DNA from: Vicugna vicugna | Lineage: Eukaryota | Direction of reading: 5' to 3' | Length of the DNA stretch: 64,000 bases | Assembly: GCA_013265495.1 (NCBI GenBank) | Contig: MU057984.1 | Span: 248,001 to 312,000, forward strand | Part shown: positions 26,920 to 39,971 of the stretch, in pieces | How the letters are laid out: every line of letters begins with the position of its first letter | Numbering within the stretch: position 1 is the stretch's first letter | Translations under genes and position numbers: made by a program | The notes under the pieces: generated by a model | Told to the model about the DNA's origin: nothing | Databases searched by the model: none | The model's input: only the letters and a program-made list of their open reading frames with translations

Positions 26920-28080
26920 AGTCTCGTAGGGCCTTACTAATGCTTTGCTGGCTTGATCTGTCAATTATTGAGAGACGTAGAATAAAATCTCTCACTTTAA
27001 TTGTGGATTTGTTTATTTTCCTTCCATACCTGCCAATTTTTGTTTTGTACATTTTGAGATTATGTGATTAAGTGGAAATAAGTTCAAACTTTTTCTCTGC
27101 ACTGGATAATTCCTTTTTAAAGTAATACATTTATTTGCTTTACAGGCTACTTATTCTATACTTATGCTAGCTATTTTTTGATTAGTCAGTACCCAGCATA
27201 AGTTTCTGGATACTTTACCAGGTAATTCTGTAAATTGCATAAAGCTGTACTTCACTTTACATGGTGTAAATATCAACTTTTTGGCTTAGTTTGTTTATAT
27301 TTATTGTGATTAATGATATATTTGTGTTTAATACCTCATTTTGTCCTCTTTTTACTATGTCTTTTCTTTAGTTCTTCACTGTTCTTGTATTCTATTGGAC
27401 TCAGCAAGTTTTCTTTATTTCCTTCAACACATTCCTCTGGTTTAGAGATTATATGTTCAATATATTTTGGTTGTCCCAAATTTTCAACATTCGTATGTTA
27501 AATAAAAAGTCTTAAAATAGTTCAAACCTATTCTCCAAAATACAAAAAACTTACATGTCTATAATGGCAATAACTCCCTCCTTATACAATTATTGTCCAG
27601 TAACTGACTTCACTTTGTTTTTATATCTCCTGAATTATGTGTTATTAATTCCATAGTTAACGTTCATTGCGAGTTACCCACTTATTACTTTATTAACCAC
27701 TGCTCTTGGATCCCAATTTTTTCTTCTGAACTCAGTTTCCTTCATCCATAAGTAGATCCTCCTTTGTTCTTTTAGCAAATGTCTGTGAGTTTTAAATTGT
27801 CCCAATTTCATTATTGAAGTGAAAATATTTTTATCTCTTTGAGTGATAGTTTACTGGGATTTAAAATTCTAGGCTGACAGTTAATTTGCATCAGTACTAT
27901 AATACCATTGTCTTCTGGCTTCTATTGTTCCTGTTGGTAATTCCACCTTCAGTGTAATTTTTGTTTCTTTGAAAATAATGTGTCTTTTTCTCTTGTTGCT
28001 TTTCAGAATTTCTCTAGTCTTTGCCATTCTATTGTTTCATGATAACCCATTGAAGTGCAAATTTTGGTGGCCCTCTTAAC
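26920..28080 (-). mobile_element. Old L1 fragment
   Basis: 'gatctgtcaattattgagag', 'ttgtggatttgtttattt', 'aaaattctaggctgacag', 'ccattgtcttctggcttc' are antisense L1M motifs. Confidence 0.7.
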
Positions 28081-29618
28081 TTCTAGCATTTAAAAAAACA
28101 TGTCTTTTCTTTTTTCACTTGCTTCTATAAATAGGAGAGTGTTATCTTTCCTAAGTGCTCACTTGTATAGGGTCTCACTTCCCTTTCATTTCGCAATGAT
28201 CTCTTAGATCTAAATAATGAGGTAGCTCAGTGCATACCCTTGAGCCAATTCCCTTATCAAACAAGCATCTGTCTATTAGATATAGGGAGGCTATATTCTA
28301 ACATTCACTGGAAGTTTTCCAATAATCTAGGGGAAAATTTACATTTTAGGAAATCTCATTATCTTCTCATCAATGGATAAACTTTAATCCCACCAATAAC
28401 ATGCACCACAAATCACTTGGACTTTTCCCATCTCTGTCACCATTACCAGATCTGCATACTGGATTCTACACATCCTTATGAAACAATGATGTTCTTCCAC
28501 ATTTTCCCTTACAGGTATAGTAATTTTAAGTCCAGTGGGGTGTATTTTCTTAACAGAAGTGCAAATAAAAAAAGTGTCCATAGAAAGACACCTTGGAAAG
28601 TATCTCATACACATTTACCAGAAAAATATTTTAAAACACCTACTATGTATCAGGAGGTATGCAACTGGGAGGCAGCTTCCTAGTTTTCTAGTAGGTGCAA
28701 ATAATAAATTTCTGAGGAAAAGGCAGATCATGGGGCTAGATAGCTTCCTCTTCATACCTAAATTATGTTTTAATTGAGCATCAGCCTATGGAGGTTATTA
28801 AAAGTGTTTTTCAATCAGGCCACACCAGCTCAGTAATTACTGGGAATTCCTCATAGGATTTATGCAAACGGCTGGCTGTTATCGTTCCTTTCCATTGCTA
28901 CTGATTTTCTGAATTTCTGTATGTCTTCATGGATCATTTAATGGAAAATTAGGAGAGAGCCTATTATGGAATGGTAACTTTGCCAGTGTTTTAACTAGGA
29001 AGTTGTCTTTTTCCCATAATTTTTCCCCCCCAGAGGACAAAATTTCCAAAAGAAAAGAACTGAAGTAAGATTTCACTTTCCAATTAACCCCTCTATGAGG
29101 AAGGAAGTAAGGGACTACCGATAGCAAATTAACTTTGTGTTTTGCATTTTCAATTCTGAAAACCATAAACTTTCTCTAATTGTCTTGTATTAAAAATAAA
29201 ATGCGTTCAACAGAGTTGAATTTTAAGTTCTTGTAGATTGATTTACTAAGTGTGCAAATTAGTCTGAATGAGCTGTTAGCAAGCCAATAAACAGCACATT
29301 CTCTAGGACTCAGACCAGGGGAAAAGGTTTATACAATTTTTGATTAAATGCCTCTCTAAGTGTTTTGTTGCATAGCATATGTTCATTATTGAACACCTAG
29401 TAGGAAGAATAAGACACTGTTTAAAAGTTCACATTCTTTTCTTACTTGCAGCCTTTACGTACACAGATATAAAACAATAAAAGGCAACTTAAGACATCTA
29501 TCGAACTGAAAATACCTTATATTAAAACTATAAGGATAAAGAATATACGCAGTCTTGAATATTATAATTATTTTGACTTGGTTATGCAAATTATGTGAGT
29601 TAAACTATGTATCTATAT

Positions 29619-29704
29619 ATTTCTTTTTTAATGGAGGTACTGGGGATTGAACCCAGGACCTTGTGCATGCTAAGTACGCTACCACTGAGCTCTACCCTCC
29701 TCTC
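29619..29704 (-). mobile_element. tRNA-Ala-derived SINE (Vic-1-like), short form
   Basis: 'ggaggtactggggattgaacccaggaccttgtgcatgctaag...accactgagct'. Confidence 0.85.
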
Positions 29705-30267
29705 TAAAGTGTATTTTCTTTCATAATATAAAACACAACCAAGTCTCATTATTGCATGGTGCAGAGTAGAAAGAAAGAACCTGGAGCTGGCAGAAAACCC
29801 AAAGTTAGGTCAGGACATACACCGGCAACTAAACAAGTGGTAAACTCTGACTATGGGAGGATGGGTGTGGGAAGACCACCAGATGAGAAAGGCGTTTTAG
29901 TCAAATAACAGTGATGAGTGGGATTTTCAAAAGGAGGAGGTGAAATTATAATCAGGTAAGTGGCCTAGAGAAAAGGGGAACTAGGTCAGGTTGATGTCAG
30001 TGGCCAATCCAGTCAAGAAAGACCCAGGATCCCAAGTTCAGTGGCAAGATTTTTGTTTGAGGGGTCTTGGGGCTGTCAGAACAAGGGTGGATGGCAGGAA
30101 GAGTGGACCATACCCATGGAGGGAGTCTGGCAACAACATGTCTGTATTTTAAGAAATAAAGTAGAAACCTAGGCCTGGGTATTAGAACACACCGGAAAGA
30201 GGGATTTGCATCACAAGGATGAGAACATATCAATGAGAAGCCATGGCTGCCAGATTTAGGGTCAGAA

Positions 30268-30928
30268 TGGAACCGGAACCAAGCAAGACCCTATGGGGCC
30301 TTCTCAGGACAGATTCACCCACCCCATTCCCAATTTCCTCAGCCTGCCTCTTGTTTGAAGAAAGCTTTTAGCCTCCTAGACCTTCCCTGGGTTACAAAAG
30401 GCTGGCTCAAGAATTAATAACTGAAAGAATGTGAACATACAGAATCAGCAACAAAGATAGAAATTGGGTCAGGCAAACTGGTAACAAGTGAAATGAAAAA
30501 TCACCCATATAGTGATCACAGAATATTTAGTTCCTCCCTGAAGGACAAAGGTAAGTCTAATGCACATTTCTGAGGTGTTTTGCTGATACTAAAACCCCCA
30601 GCAGATGGAGGAAGTTAACTGCATGATGACCATGAGCTCATAGTCCCCAGACCAGCTGGAGCCTGAGGATTTGATGATGTTAACCACTGTTAACAAGTCA
30701 GAGAACTTTGTACCAGCTGATCATGTACCATATGACTCTCTCCCTCACCTGGCCTTTAAAACCCCTTCCCTAAAACCCATCACGGAGTTTGGAGCTTTTG
30801 AGCATTAACTTCCTAGACTCCTTGCTCGGCACCCTGCAATAAACACTGTACTTTCCTTCTCCACAACCTGGTGTTGGTAGCTTGGCTTTACTGTGTGGGC
30901 GAGCAGACTCAAGTTCAGTTTGGTAATA
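30268..30928 (+). mobile_element. ERV1-like solo LTR
   Basis: 'gcaataaacactgtactttccttc...gggcgagcagactcaagttcagtttggtaa'; near-TSD agaa/tgaa. Confidence 0.82.
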
Positions 30929-31169
30929 TGAATAGTACTCATGAGACAGGACGGATGACACTGGAGACTGGTGGTCAGCAGAGATGGGCCCCTAGATCCC
31001 AGGGCTGAGATGAGATTTGATTCAGGGCCTGTGATTGTGGCATGTCAGTAGAGCTGGTAGGGGAAAGGGAATCAAACTGCACAGTGTCTTTTTTGAAAGT
31101 TGCAGACAGACAGTGTAACTGATAGAATACTTAAAAATAACAATAAGACAACGTTGCTGTAGGGGATAT

Positions 31170-32317
31170 ATTTAATGTGCTTCCTGAGATTCCCTTCGTT
31201 CCACTACCTCTAGCAAATTCAACCATTCATCCCATCTCCATGTACCTTTGCCTAAGGATGACCTGTAACTTCCTCCAGAATGAATGGAGCCAACCTCTTG
31301 GCTGCAGCTCTACAGACAGGTAGACCAGTCCCAATCTTAGAATTTCTGGCTCCACTTGCCACAGTAGGGCACGGAAACTGGCATTCCATAGGGCCAGGGG
31401 ATGTCCCCTTGAAACCTAGGACCATTAACTCCCATGGAGTAAAATCTGGCAAACAGGAGCAGGAGATAAGAGGTAAACATGTAGATAAAACTCCTTTCCT
31501 TCCTCTCACACACTGACTACTCAGGGGCACTTTCTCGTCATACAGCTTTTCAAAAGTGACACCTGCTGAGTGACCTGTTGTCTCTCTTCATGGAGGTAAG
31601 TAGTGGACATGGAGGTAGCAGCCCAGGCACCATTCATTGTTTTGCTTCCCATTCTTCCCTTCCTTGTTTCTCTTTTTTCTCACGCTCATTGCCCTGAGTC
31701 TGCACTGCAGGGGAACAGAATGTTGCCACCCTAAAATATGACACTTTGGCATATTAATTATTTTAAGCTGGTTATTTTCTGAGAAACAGCAGACATGGGA
31801 ATGACTCTGAAAACCAAGTAGGGACTGCCCTTTTGTAGGAAACATTTACACTGTAAAGGAAATCTCCATGTATAAAGGTGAATTCCTCTTTGTACCAGCA
31901 ATAGGAGGATGACCAAATCTCTAGAAACTCATTATCAGTGGAGAAGGCAATGGCTTAACTCTGTATCACAGTCACCCTTGTTCACTAGGCTTTTCCTGGT
32001 CACCTCCCATAACTGACTCTCCTCACCCTCAACATCCTCTTTCGTGTTTAGCTGAGGATGCTATTTAAGGTAAGGGCTTTGGACACTCTGGTGAGTTACT
32101 CAGTTTTCATGAGTCTCTCCCATGTCTCCATGTTATTAAACTTGGTTTGATTTTTCTCCTGTTAATCTGTTTCATGTCATTTTAATTCTTAGACCCGCCA
32201 GAAGAACCTGGAAGGGTAGAGGAAAATTTCTTCCTCCCAGACAGCACCTCCCAACTAAAGCATCAGTATTTAATTCTTGCCTCAGACACCATTTTCTAGG
32301 GTACTCAAACTAAGACA
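31170..32317 (+). mobile_element. Old ERVL-class LTR split by a younger LTR (5' boundary approximate)
   Basis: Ends 'ctcccaactaaagc...ttgcctcagacaccattttctagggtactcaaactaagaca'. Confidence 0.55.
31706..32243 (+). mobile_element. ERV1-like solo LTR with perfect 4-bp TSD GCAC
   Basis: gcac|TGcagggg...cccagaCA|gcac; ATTAAA near the 3' end; related to 55764-56311. Confidence 0.9.
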
Positions 32318-32517
32318 ATTACTAACCTAAGAATAAAGAGCAGTATGACTATTTTATACAGCACAGCATAATGGAAACAGCAATAGACAAAGATTTAGTA
32401 GACCTAAGTGCTTACTCAGGAGATTTGATGTGACAATCTCATATGGCTTCCTGAACAGACTTAAATTTTCTGGGTCTTACTTTCTTCACTTATAAAGCAG
32501 TAGCATTATGTTGTGCA

Positions 32518-32702
32518 GCAGTGGTTCCCCAACTCTATTTGGGTTAACAATGACAGTCATCTGGAGGGGAGCTGTTTAAATACAAATTCCTAGGCCTCTT
32601 CCAACCTGGGAATGACCCAGCAGGTCTAGATTTGGGGCTGGAATCTGTATTTTATAAGACACCCAGGAGCCACTGACGTACAACCAGGCTTGGCAACTAG
32701 TG
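32518..32702. mobile_element. MER5-like hAT MITE
   Basis: 'cagtggttccccaac...ggaatctgtatttt...ttggcaactagtg'. Confidence 0.65.
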
Positions 32703-32931
32703 GCAATGTGGAAAGAATATAGGCTTTGGATTCTTCATTTCTCAAATCACTTTTCATTTTTAAGTGTCAGAAACCTAACCAAAACTAGCAGGAGCCACAG
32801 AGGTAATGTATTGACTCAGTAACTGGCATGTACAGAGGGAATGGCTACCTTCACAATGAAAGTGTAAGCAGATAGGGTAAGGGATCCCCAAAGAAATACA
32901 ACCAGGAATGACTTTCTTGACCTAAGAAGCC

Positions 32932-33148
32932 CTTTTTTTTTTTTTAATTGAAGTGTAATTTTACAACGTTGTGTCCATTCCTGGTGTACAGCATAATGTT
33001 TCAGTCATACAAATACATACATATATTACTTTTCATATTCTTTTCCATTATAGGTTACTACAAGATATTGAATATAGTTTCCTGTGCTATACAGTAGGAC
33101 CTTGTTGTTAATCAATTTTATATTAATAGTAGTTAGTATTTGCAAATC
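32932..33148 (-). mobile_element. Young L1 3' end inserted in an LTR
   Basis: T-run followed by 'aattgaagt...ggtgtacagcataatg...gatattgaatatagtttcctgtgctatacagtaggacc'. Confidence 0.88.
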
Positions 33149-33609
33149 AGAGGGGCCATTTTTTTTTAGCTTAAGCCACTGTATGATCTAAGCCTAACCA
33201 TAATACTTGCCCTTGAACAAGTCTCAGCAATGATGGTCTTAAGAGAACAAAAAGACAAAGTTAGGCAAGAGAAGTAACAACAGCAAAGATAACAAATCAG
33301 TTAGAAAGACTTCCAGTTCTATTTTAATGGTGAAGACTAGCCTAAAGCACTCTCTCAAACTGTTTTGCAGAACTTAAATTCCCTCTCGAGCACTCAACCA
33401 CCAGATTAAACGGAACCTAAGGGATGATGATGTTGAACTTTTCTGACCCTCATGACTTCAATCAACTAAGGCTGTACTCTGCTCAAGCTCCTTTAAGAAT
33501 ATGTAGGAACCCTTAGCTTAAAACTTCCCCAATTTTGTTGTTCAGGGAGACACTGCTTTGGGAAAGATCCCTGATGTTCTCCTTACTTGGTGCAAGTAAT
33601 AAATCCTTC

Positions 33610-34224
33610 TGAGACAGGATGGAAGGGGGCAGGGCACAGCTGTTCAAGGAATGACAGCAATTAACACCGAAATGGTGGAAGATTCAACTCCCAGTTGGCC
33701 TTGAGGATTAAGTTGGTGGGAGGTTTGACTTCTAGTAAACCTTGAGCTTCATTATATGCTCATTGTAACATCGTGATAAATAACATGCCCGCAGGTGCCA
33801 TGACTGTCCCAAGGCTAACCGCAAAAGGCCAAAGAATGGGCGGTTGCCCAATGCCTGGGAATCCCAGCCCCTTCCCCAGGGCAGGTGGAATGGTCCCACC
33901 TATAGACATGTGAAGCTCCTGAGCCCATAAAAACTGGCAACACCATGCCTAGTGGCCTTTTTTTTCGTTCCCTCTTTTTGGAGACTCTGTCTGTGGAGTG
34001 TGTATCTACTTTTACTTTAACCTGAGCACCCAACTCACACCTCTTTCCTTGCTTTTCTCTTGCCTTGCACTCTATGCAGTATGTATCTCTCTAAATAAAT
34101 CTACTTTTACTTAACGGTGGCTCACACTTGAATTCTTTCCTGTGTGAAGCCACGGACCCACACTTGGGGGGCACATCCCAAGACATGGCCCTCCTCACAC
34201 CCCACATCTGTTTTTCCTGCATCA
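33610..34224 (+). mobile_element. Nested ERV1-like solo LTR with 4-bp TSD CTTC
   Basis: cttc|TGagacagga...tcctgcatCA|cttc; AATAAA; 'cttgaattctttcctgtgtgaagcc' U5. Confidence 0.9.
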
Positions 34225-34599
34225 CTTCCTTCTCCTGATCTTTGGCTTGGTTGTGTCTTTTGGCAAGACACCTACCAAGAGGTCAGCCAAGTTTCCACAT
34301 AACAGAGAGGCACACAGTTTGAACTGTGTATCAGGATTATGAACCCACTGCTATAACTTACAGGAGTCTATAAGCTTCCTGAGGAGAACTTAGTCTGATT
34401 TCTTTATCATTTGAATCCCTTAAAAACAAATCCAAATGAATGAATGAAACCATTTTTAATCTTCAATAAAATATAATAAAATTTGTAACAAAAGTAAGTT
34501 TTAAAAAGTAAGAAAACCTGATGAATGTGTTAGGTAGTTAGATAAGTGGGGGCACTGGACAGATAGGTGGAGAAGTGGGAGGATGGTCCAGAATATGGC

Positions 34600-35093
34600 A
34601 TTATGCCCGCCTCCAGCATAAAAGGACTTTGTTTCTTCTAAATGAATGCCAGCAAGAAACCAGTTAGAACCCGACAGCCATGACTGCACAGTAGCAGAAA
34701 GGACTTAACCAGACATGACCCAATGTTCATTGTATTGTAATTAACATTTCAGTTTAGCTGCTCTCCGCCCCTCCTGCCATGGGTTTTTCTGTATATACCA
34801 TGTTGGTAGGGACATGCGTAAAGGGCCCAAACATGACTAAGCACTCCAGAGATAAGAGCTGTGAATCAATCAAGAGACCACCACTAAGCAAGGGTATAAG
34901 AGGAAGAGGAGACAAAAAAAATGCCACTTTTCCTCCCTTGCATCAGCCTGCCTCCTGTTCTTGGAGGTGTACTTTTCCTTTTTTAAATAAATCTTTTAAA
35001 ATCTTTCACTACACAACAAACACATTATCTCTCGACTGTAAACTTATCTATTGGGTGTAACAAGAACTGGGGTCTTTACCTTTTGGAGTAACA
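34600..35093 (+). mobile_element. ERV solo LTR (5' boundary uncertain)
   Basis: TATA-like 'ggtataaga', 'aaataaatc', end 'caagaactgggg...gagtaaca'. Confidence 0.65.
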
Positions 35094-37996
35094 GATGGAA
35101 GAGGTAGAAATATTACAACTAATGATATATTTGTAGGACAAATAATTAAATGAAAAGCAACACAACTTAGATACAGATATAGAAATTATTAATTAAATTA
35201 TTTTTATATGTGAGATAACAGGTAATATGCCAAGTCAAAACAAGTAATCATTCCTCTACAGAAATCCTTCCCTAACTTTTCCAATAAGCATTTCTAGTTC
35301 TTTCTTTCCCAATGTCTTGAGATTTGTGGGAATCACATCATTATGGCTCAAATATTTTGGTAAAGATTTATATATTATTGTATAACATTCACCTCAAAAA
35401 TCACAATATTAACTGCAAGTCTAAAATCATTTTTTCTGAGAACCACCAAGGTTGCTGGCTTGAAATAAAATGAAAAGAACAATGTGATATTTGTAAAAGG
35501 GAGTTGATACAGAAGGGAGAAATTCAGTGTTCCAATCAAGTTATAATCCCCCACAGGTGAGGCAAAGAAAAGATGTGGAAAAGAGGTACCCTGAACTGGA
35601 AAGAGATGGGAGTGAAAATTCTCAGCAGCGCCATCGTTTGCCCACCATTGAGGCTGCCTGGACTGAGGCCAGATTACAAGAGTACATGATCCAATTCTCT
35701 GACTCAGCCAAGGAATCTGTGAGCACTGCCATTAGACAGCTTTGTGAATTGAGGACAATACTGTAATCATTAGCTCTGCGCCCTGAAGCATGATCAGGAG
35801 AGGTGAGCACAGGACTGTTACTGCCCTTGAACACATTCTCCAAAGATGACACATATCAATGACTCAGATTAGGATAAAAAAATGACAGAAAGGAGAGTTA
35901 TCACTAAAACATAAATATTAATGGTCAGACCTCGAAATTTATAGATAAGGTATTCATGGTTTTATCTTTTAAGTGTCTACTCACCTACCAACTACTGAAA
36001 CTAACATCACTCCCTTTTTTACTGCATCACCAGACCCCCATTTTCCTAATGATTGATCCACAGATACTTCTATAGTAAGTGAGATGGTGAGGTGCACCTG
36101 GGGAAGCCCTCCACATTCCAGAGGCGGTCAGGAGGCACCTCCCTGAGGAAAGACAGGATTATTATTTTCTTCCAGAAGAACTATCATCATAGTATCTGTC
36201 ATGATACTTTACTTATTAAAACACAAAAGACAAAGATCAAAAAAAATGTTTGAAGCATAAAAGACAAAATAAAAGTCTCTAAGACTCTGTGTTTAATAGT
36301 AAAATGAAGAAATGTACTAAAGAAAGGAATGGCAAATAATCATAGACACAATGCTTAAAAGAAGCTGACTTCAAATACTTCCTTTATGCTTTATTACACC
36401 TACGTGTATGTTACAGTGGAACGTGCCACAAGTTAGCATCCATTGCATTCAACTGCCCACAAACTTTAAGACAAAATTCCATTCCAGACATTATTTTTCT
36501 GACATTCACTTTTTAAAAATGCAAAAAAGTTTTATGTTTTGTTCACCAAAACAAACAAAATGATATAGCAGTGACAAGCAAAATCAGATTTTTCTAAACT
36601 ATCTAGTATGGTTAACTTATCTAATTACTCTGCCTGATTTCTAAATTTCACTACTAAAGTCCTCTGCATGAAATTTAATACACCTTAATGAAAATCCCTT
36701 TTTGAACCACCATACATGAAAGTATAAAATGAATTCATTTAAAAAAACTGTACCTTTGTTTTTTCTGAAAAATAGAAAGAGTGACTATTATTCAAGAACC
36801 TTCAAGTATTAGAAAAAAAATTGATCAAACAGGGGAAGACTATGTATCATTTTCAATCACTATTATGCGGTAAAAACAATTGATTTAAAATATTAATGGC
36901 TGAGAGTTATGAAAAGGGCTGACAACTGTACACATATGGTATGTCAATCTGGTTACTCATAACTGGTAGATCATCTGAAATTGAAAATCAGAGGTGATAT
37001 CCTCTTTATTAAAACAGTATTACTGAAGTCAAATTTTGGGCTAACTTCTCATGTGATTAGCCATATTTCTCTATGTTACAATCACTTTCACTACATCTAA
37101 CTGGCTAGTTATCTGAAAAAGTAAATCCCTGAGTCACAAGATGGAATGAAAGAATGAGTCACAGAAGAGTGGAAACCAATAATAAAAATGCTATTCAAAG
37201 CATATGCCCCAAGGATGGCAAACACTAGGGACAACTTCCCATATCAAATTTCTGAAAGACAGGAACCCTCTCTATTGTGTTCATTGTTATATCTCTGGGG
37301 CCTGAACATTGCTTACACACAGAAGGCTCTCAATAAATAGTCACTGAATAAAGTATTCCATCATTCAGCATCTTTGTTCAAAGAAGCTGAAGATATATGT
37401 TCACAGTGAATTCTGCCACAAACAACTTGCTTCTAGTTAAACTGTTTAACCTCTCTGGGTTTTAATATCCACATCTATAAATGTGGATGCTGGAATAAAT
37501 CAGTGGCTTTCAAACTGGATTCACCAGCACCCCAGCCTTATGAGAATCTGCTTCATGAACCATTGCTGGGGATACAAGAGGAGGTGGGGAAGGACAAGCG
37601 GAGTTCTGGAGCATCTTCTCTAGTTTTGAAGAGAGAAGCTTTACATTTGCATTGTGTGGTTCAGAATATTTCAACATGCCTTTGAAAACATCTATTTTTA
37701 TTGTTAATACACTCAAACACTCAATGGGTCAAGAAAAAACCCTGGGAAATTAGGAAATACTTTAAAATTAATGAAAATGAAGGTAAAACACAAAAACTTA
37801 TGGGATTCAGCTAAAGCAGTGCTTAAGGAAAATTGATAGCTATAAATGCTTATAACAAAAAGAAAAAAAATCTAAAATCAAGAACCTAACCTTCCACTTT
37901 AAGATACTGGAAAAAGAAGGGCACCCTAGCTTAAAAGAAGTAGAATAAAAAAATAATAAAGATTAAAGGAGAAATTAATGAAATAAAGAAAACAAC

Positions 37997-38317
37997 AGAG
38001 AAAAATCACTGAAGCCAAAAGCTAGTTGTTTGAAAAGATAAACCAAATTGACAAACTTTTAGCTAAATGGACCAAGAGAAAAAGAGAAAATATTCAAGAT
38101 ATTAGAGAAAAATCACTGAAGCCAAAAGCTAGTTGTTTGAAAAGATAAACCAAATTGACAAACTTTTAGCTAAATGGACCAAGAGAAAAAGAGAAAATAT
38201 TCAAGATATTAGAGAAAAATCACTGAAGCCAAAAGCTAGTTGTTTGAAAAGATAAACCAAATTGACAAACTTTTAGCTAAATGGACCAAGAGAAAAAGAG
38301 AAAATATTCAAGATATT
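37997..38317 (+). repeat. Three identical tandem copies of a 107-bp L1 segment
   Basis: Units start at 37997, 38104 and 38211; no differences seen between copies. Confidence 0.97.
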
Positions 38318-39887
38318 AGAATCAGAAATGAAAGCGGGGGCATTACTTCTGCTTTATATAAATAAAACAGAATGTAAGAAAATGCTATAAACAATTGTGT
38401 GTCAAAAACTAGCATAAATGACATAAACTAGAAATAGATGGAAACTTCCTCAATCTCATAAATGGCATCTACAAAAACCCTACAGCTATCACCATACTCT
38501 AAAGACTGGATTCTTCTCCTCTAAATTCAAGAAGAAGACAAGGATATCCCCATTTATCACTTATATTTAACGCACCGGAGGTATTAACCAGATCAATCAG
38601 GCAAGGAAAAGAAATAAAGAGAATTCATTTCAGAAAGGAAGATATAAGACCATTTATCTATACATATGACATTATCTTATATGTAGAAAAATCCTAAGGA
38701 ATCCAGTAAAACATATCAGAATTAGAAAAACAGTTCAGCAAGGTCACATGATATAATTTCAACACATAAAAAACAACTATATTACTATGTATTTGTAATG
38801 AATAATCTAAAAATGAAATTAAGGAAACAACTCCATTTATAATATCATCAAAAAGAATAAAATACTTAGGAATATATTTAACAGAAGAAGTACAAAGTTT
38901 TTTTTTTACACTCTTAAAACTACCAAAAAAAAAAAAAACCCTAAGGAATAGCTAAGCAAATGGAAAAATACTGCATGGTTATGGATCAGAAGACTTAATA
39001 TTGTTAAGATAACAATCCTCCCCAAATTGATCAATAGATTCAGTGCAATACCTATCAGAATGCCAGATGGCTTGTTTGTAGAAACTGACAAGCTGATTCT
39101 AAAACTCATATGGAATTGTGAGGATCCCAGAACAGCCAAAACAATAAGGTTTAAAAGGAACAAAGCAGCAGGACTCATAGTTTCTGATTTCAAAACTTAC
39201 TACAAAGCAATAGGAATAAGAAAAGTGTGGTACTGGCATAAGGATAGACCTACAGATCGACAGGATAAAACAGAAAATTCAGGAATAAACAATGTAACTA
39301 TGGTCAACTGATACTCAACAAGGGTGCCAAGGTCATTTAATGCCAAAAGAACAATGTTTTCAACAAATGCTGACAAGCCCGCTGGATAGCCACATGAAAA
39401 ACAATGAAGTTAGACCCTTATCTCAAACAATATACAAATATTAACTCAAAATGGATCAAAGAACTAAATCAAGAATTAAAACTATAAAATTCTTAGAAGA
39501 AAATAGAGGGTTACAGCTTCATGACCTTGAATTTGGCAAAGGATTCTTATGATATGAAAAGCAAAAGCATATAAGAACAACTAAAATGGATAAACTGGAT
39601 TTCATCAAAATTAAAAACTCTGTGCTTCAGAGAACACTATCAAGAGAATGAAAAGACAACCAATACAATGGGACAAAATATTTGCAAATCATATATCTGA
39701 TAAGTTACTGTGTTTAGAATATACAGAATGTCTGCAACATAATAATAAAAAGGCAATCCAATTTAAAAGATGGGCAAAGCATATGACCAGACATTTATAC
39801 AAATAAGATATATACAAGTGGCTAATAAACACATGGAAAGATGCTCATCACTAGACACCAGGAAAATGCAAATCAAAACCACATGAG

Positions 39888-39971
39888 ATGGCACAACATT
39901 GTAAACTGACCATGCTTCAATAAAAATACATATACAGAAAAATACCAATAAATTATTTATATTAAAAAAAA
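39888..39971 (+). mobile_element. Tiny young L1 3' end nested in the older L1
   Basis: 'cacaacattgtaaactgaccatgcttcaataaaa' plus an A-rich tail; flanked by acatgag repeats. Confidence 0.7.

Larger units (their letters stand above)
32863..34304 (+). mobile_element. ERV solo LTR hosting a nested L1 fragment and a nested LTR
   Basis: TGtaagcag...cataaCA with flanks gaaag/gagag; AATAAA lies just before the nested LTR and U5 resumes after it. Confidence 0.8.

Noticed and set aside
37997..38317. CRISPR-like array
   Set aside because: These are head-to-tail identical units with no spacers, derived from L1, in a mammalian genome.
39027..39311. Functional reverse transcriptase gene
   Set aside because: It is a short remnant of L1 ORF2 surrounded by stops, frameshifts and deletions.
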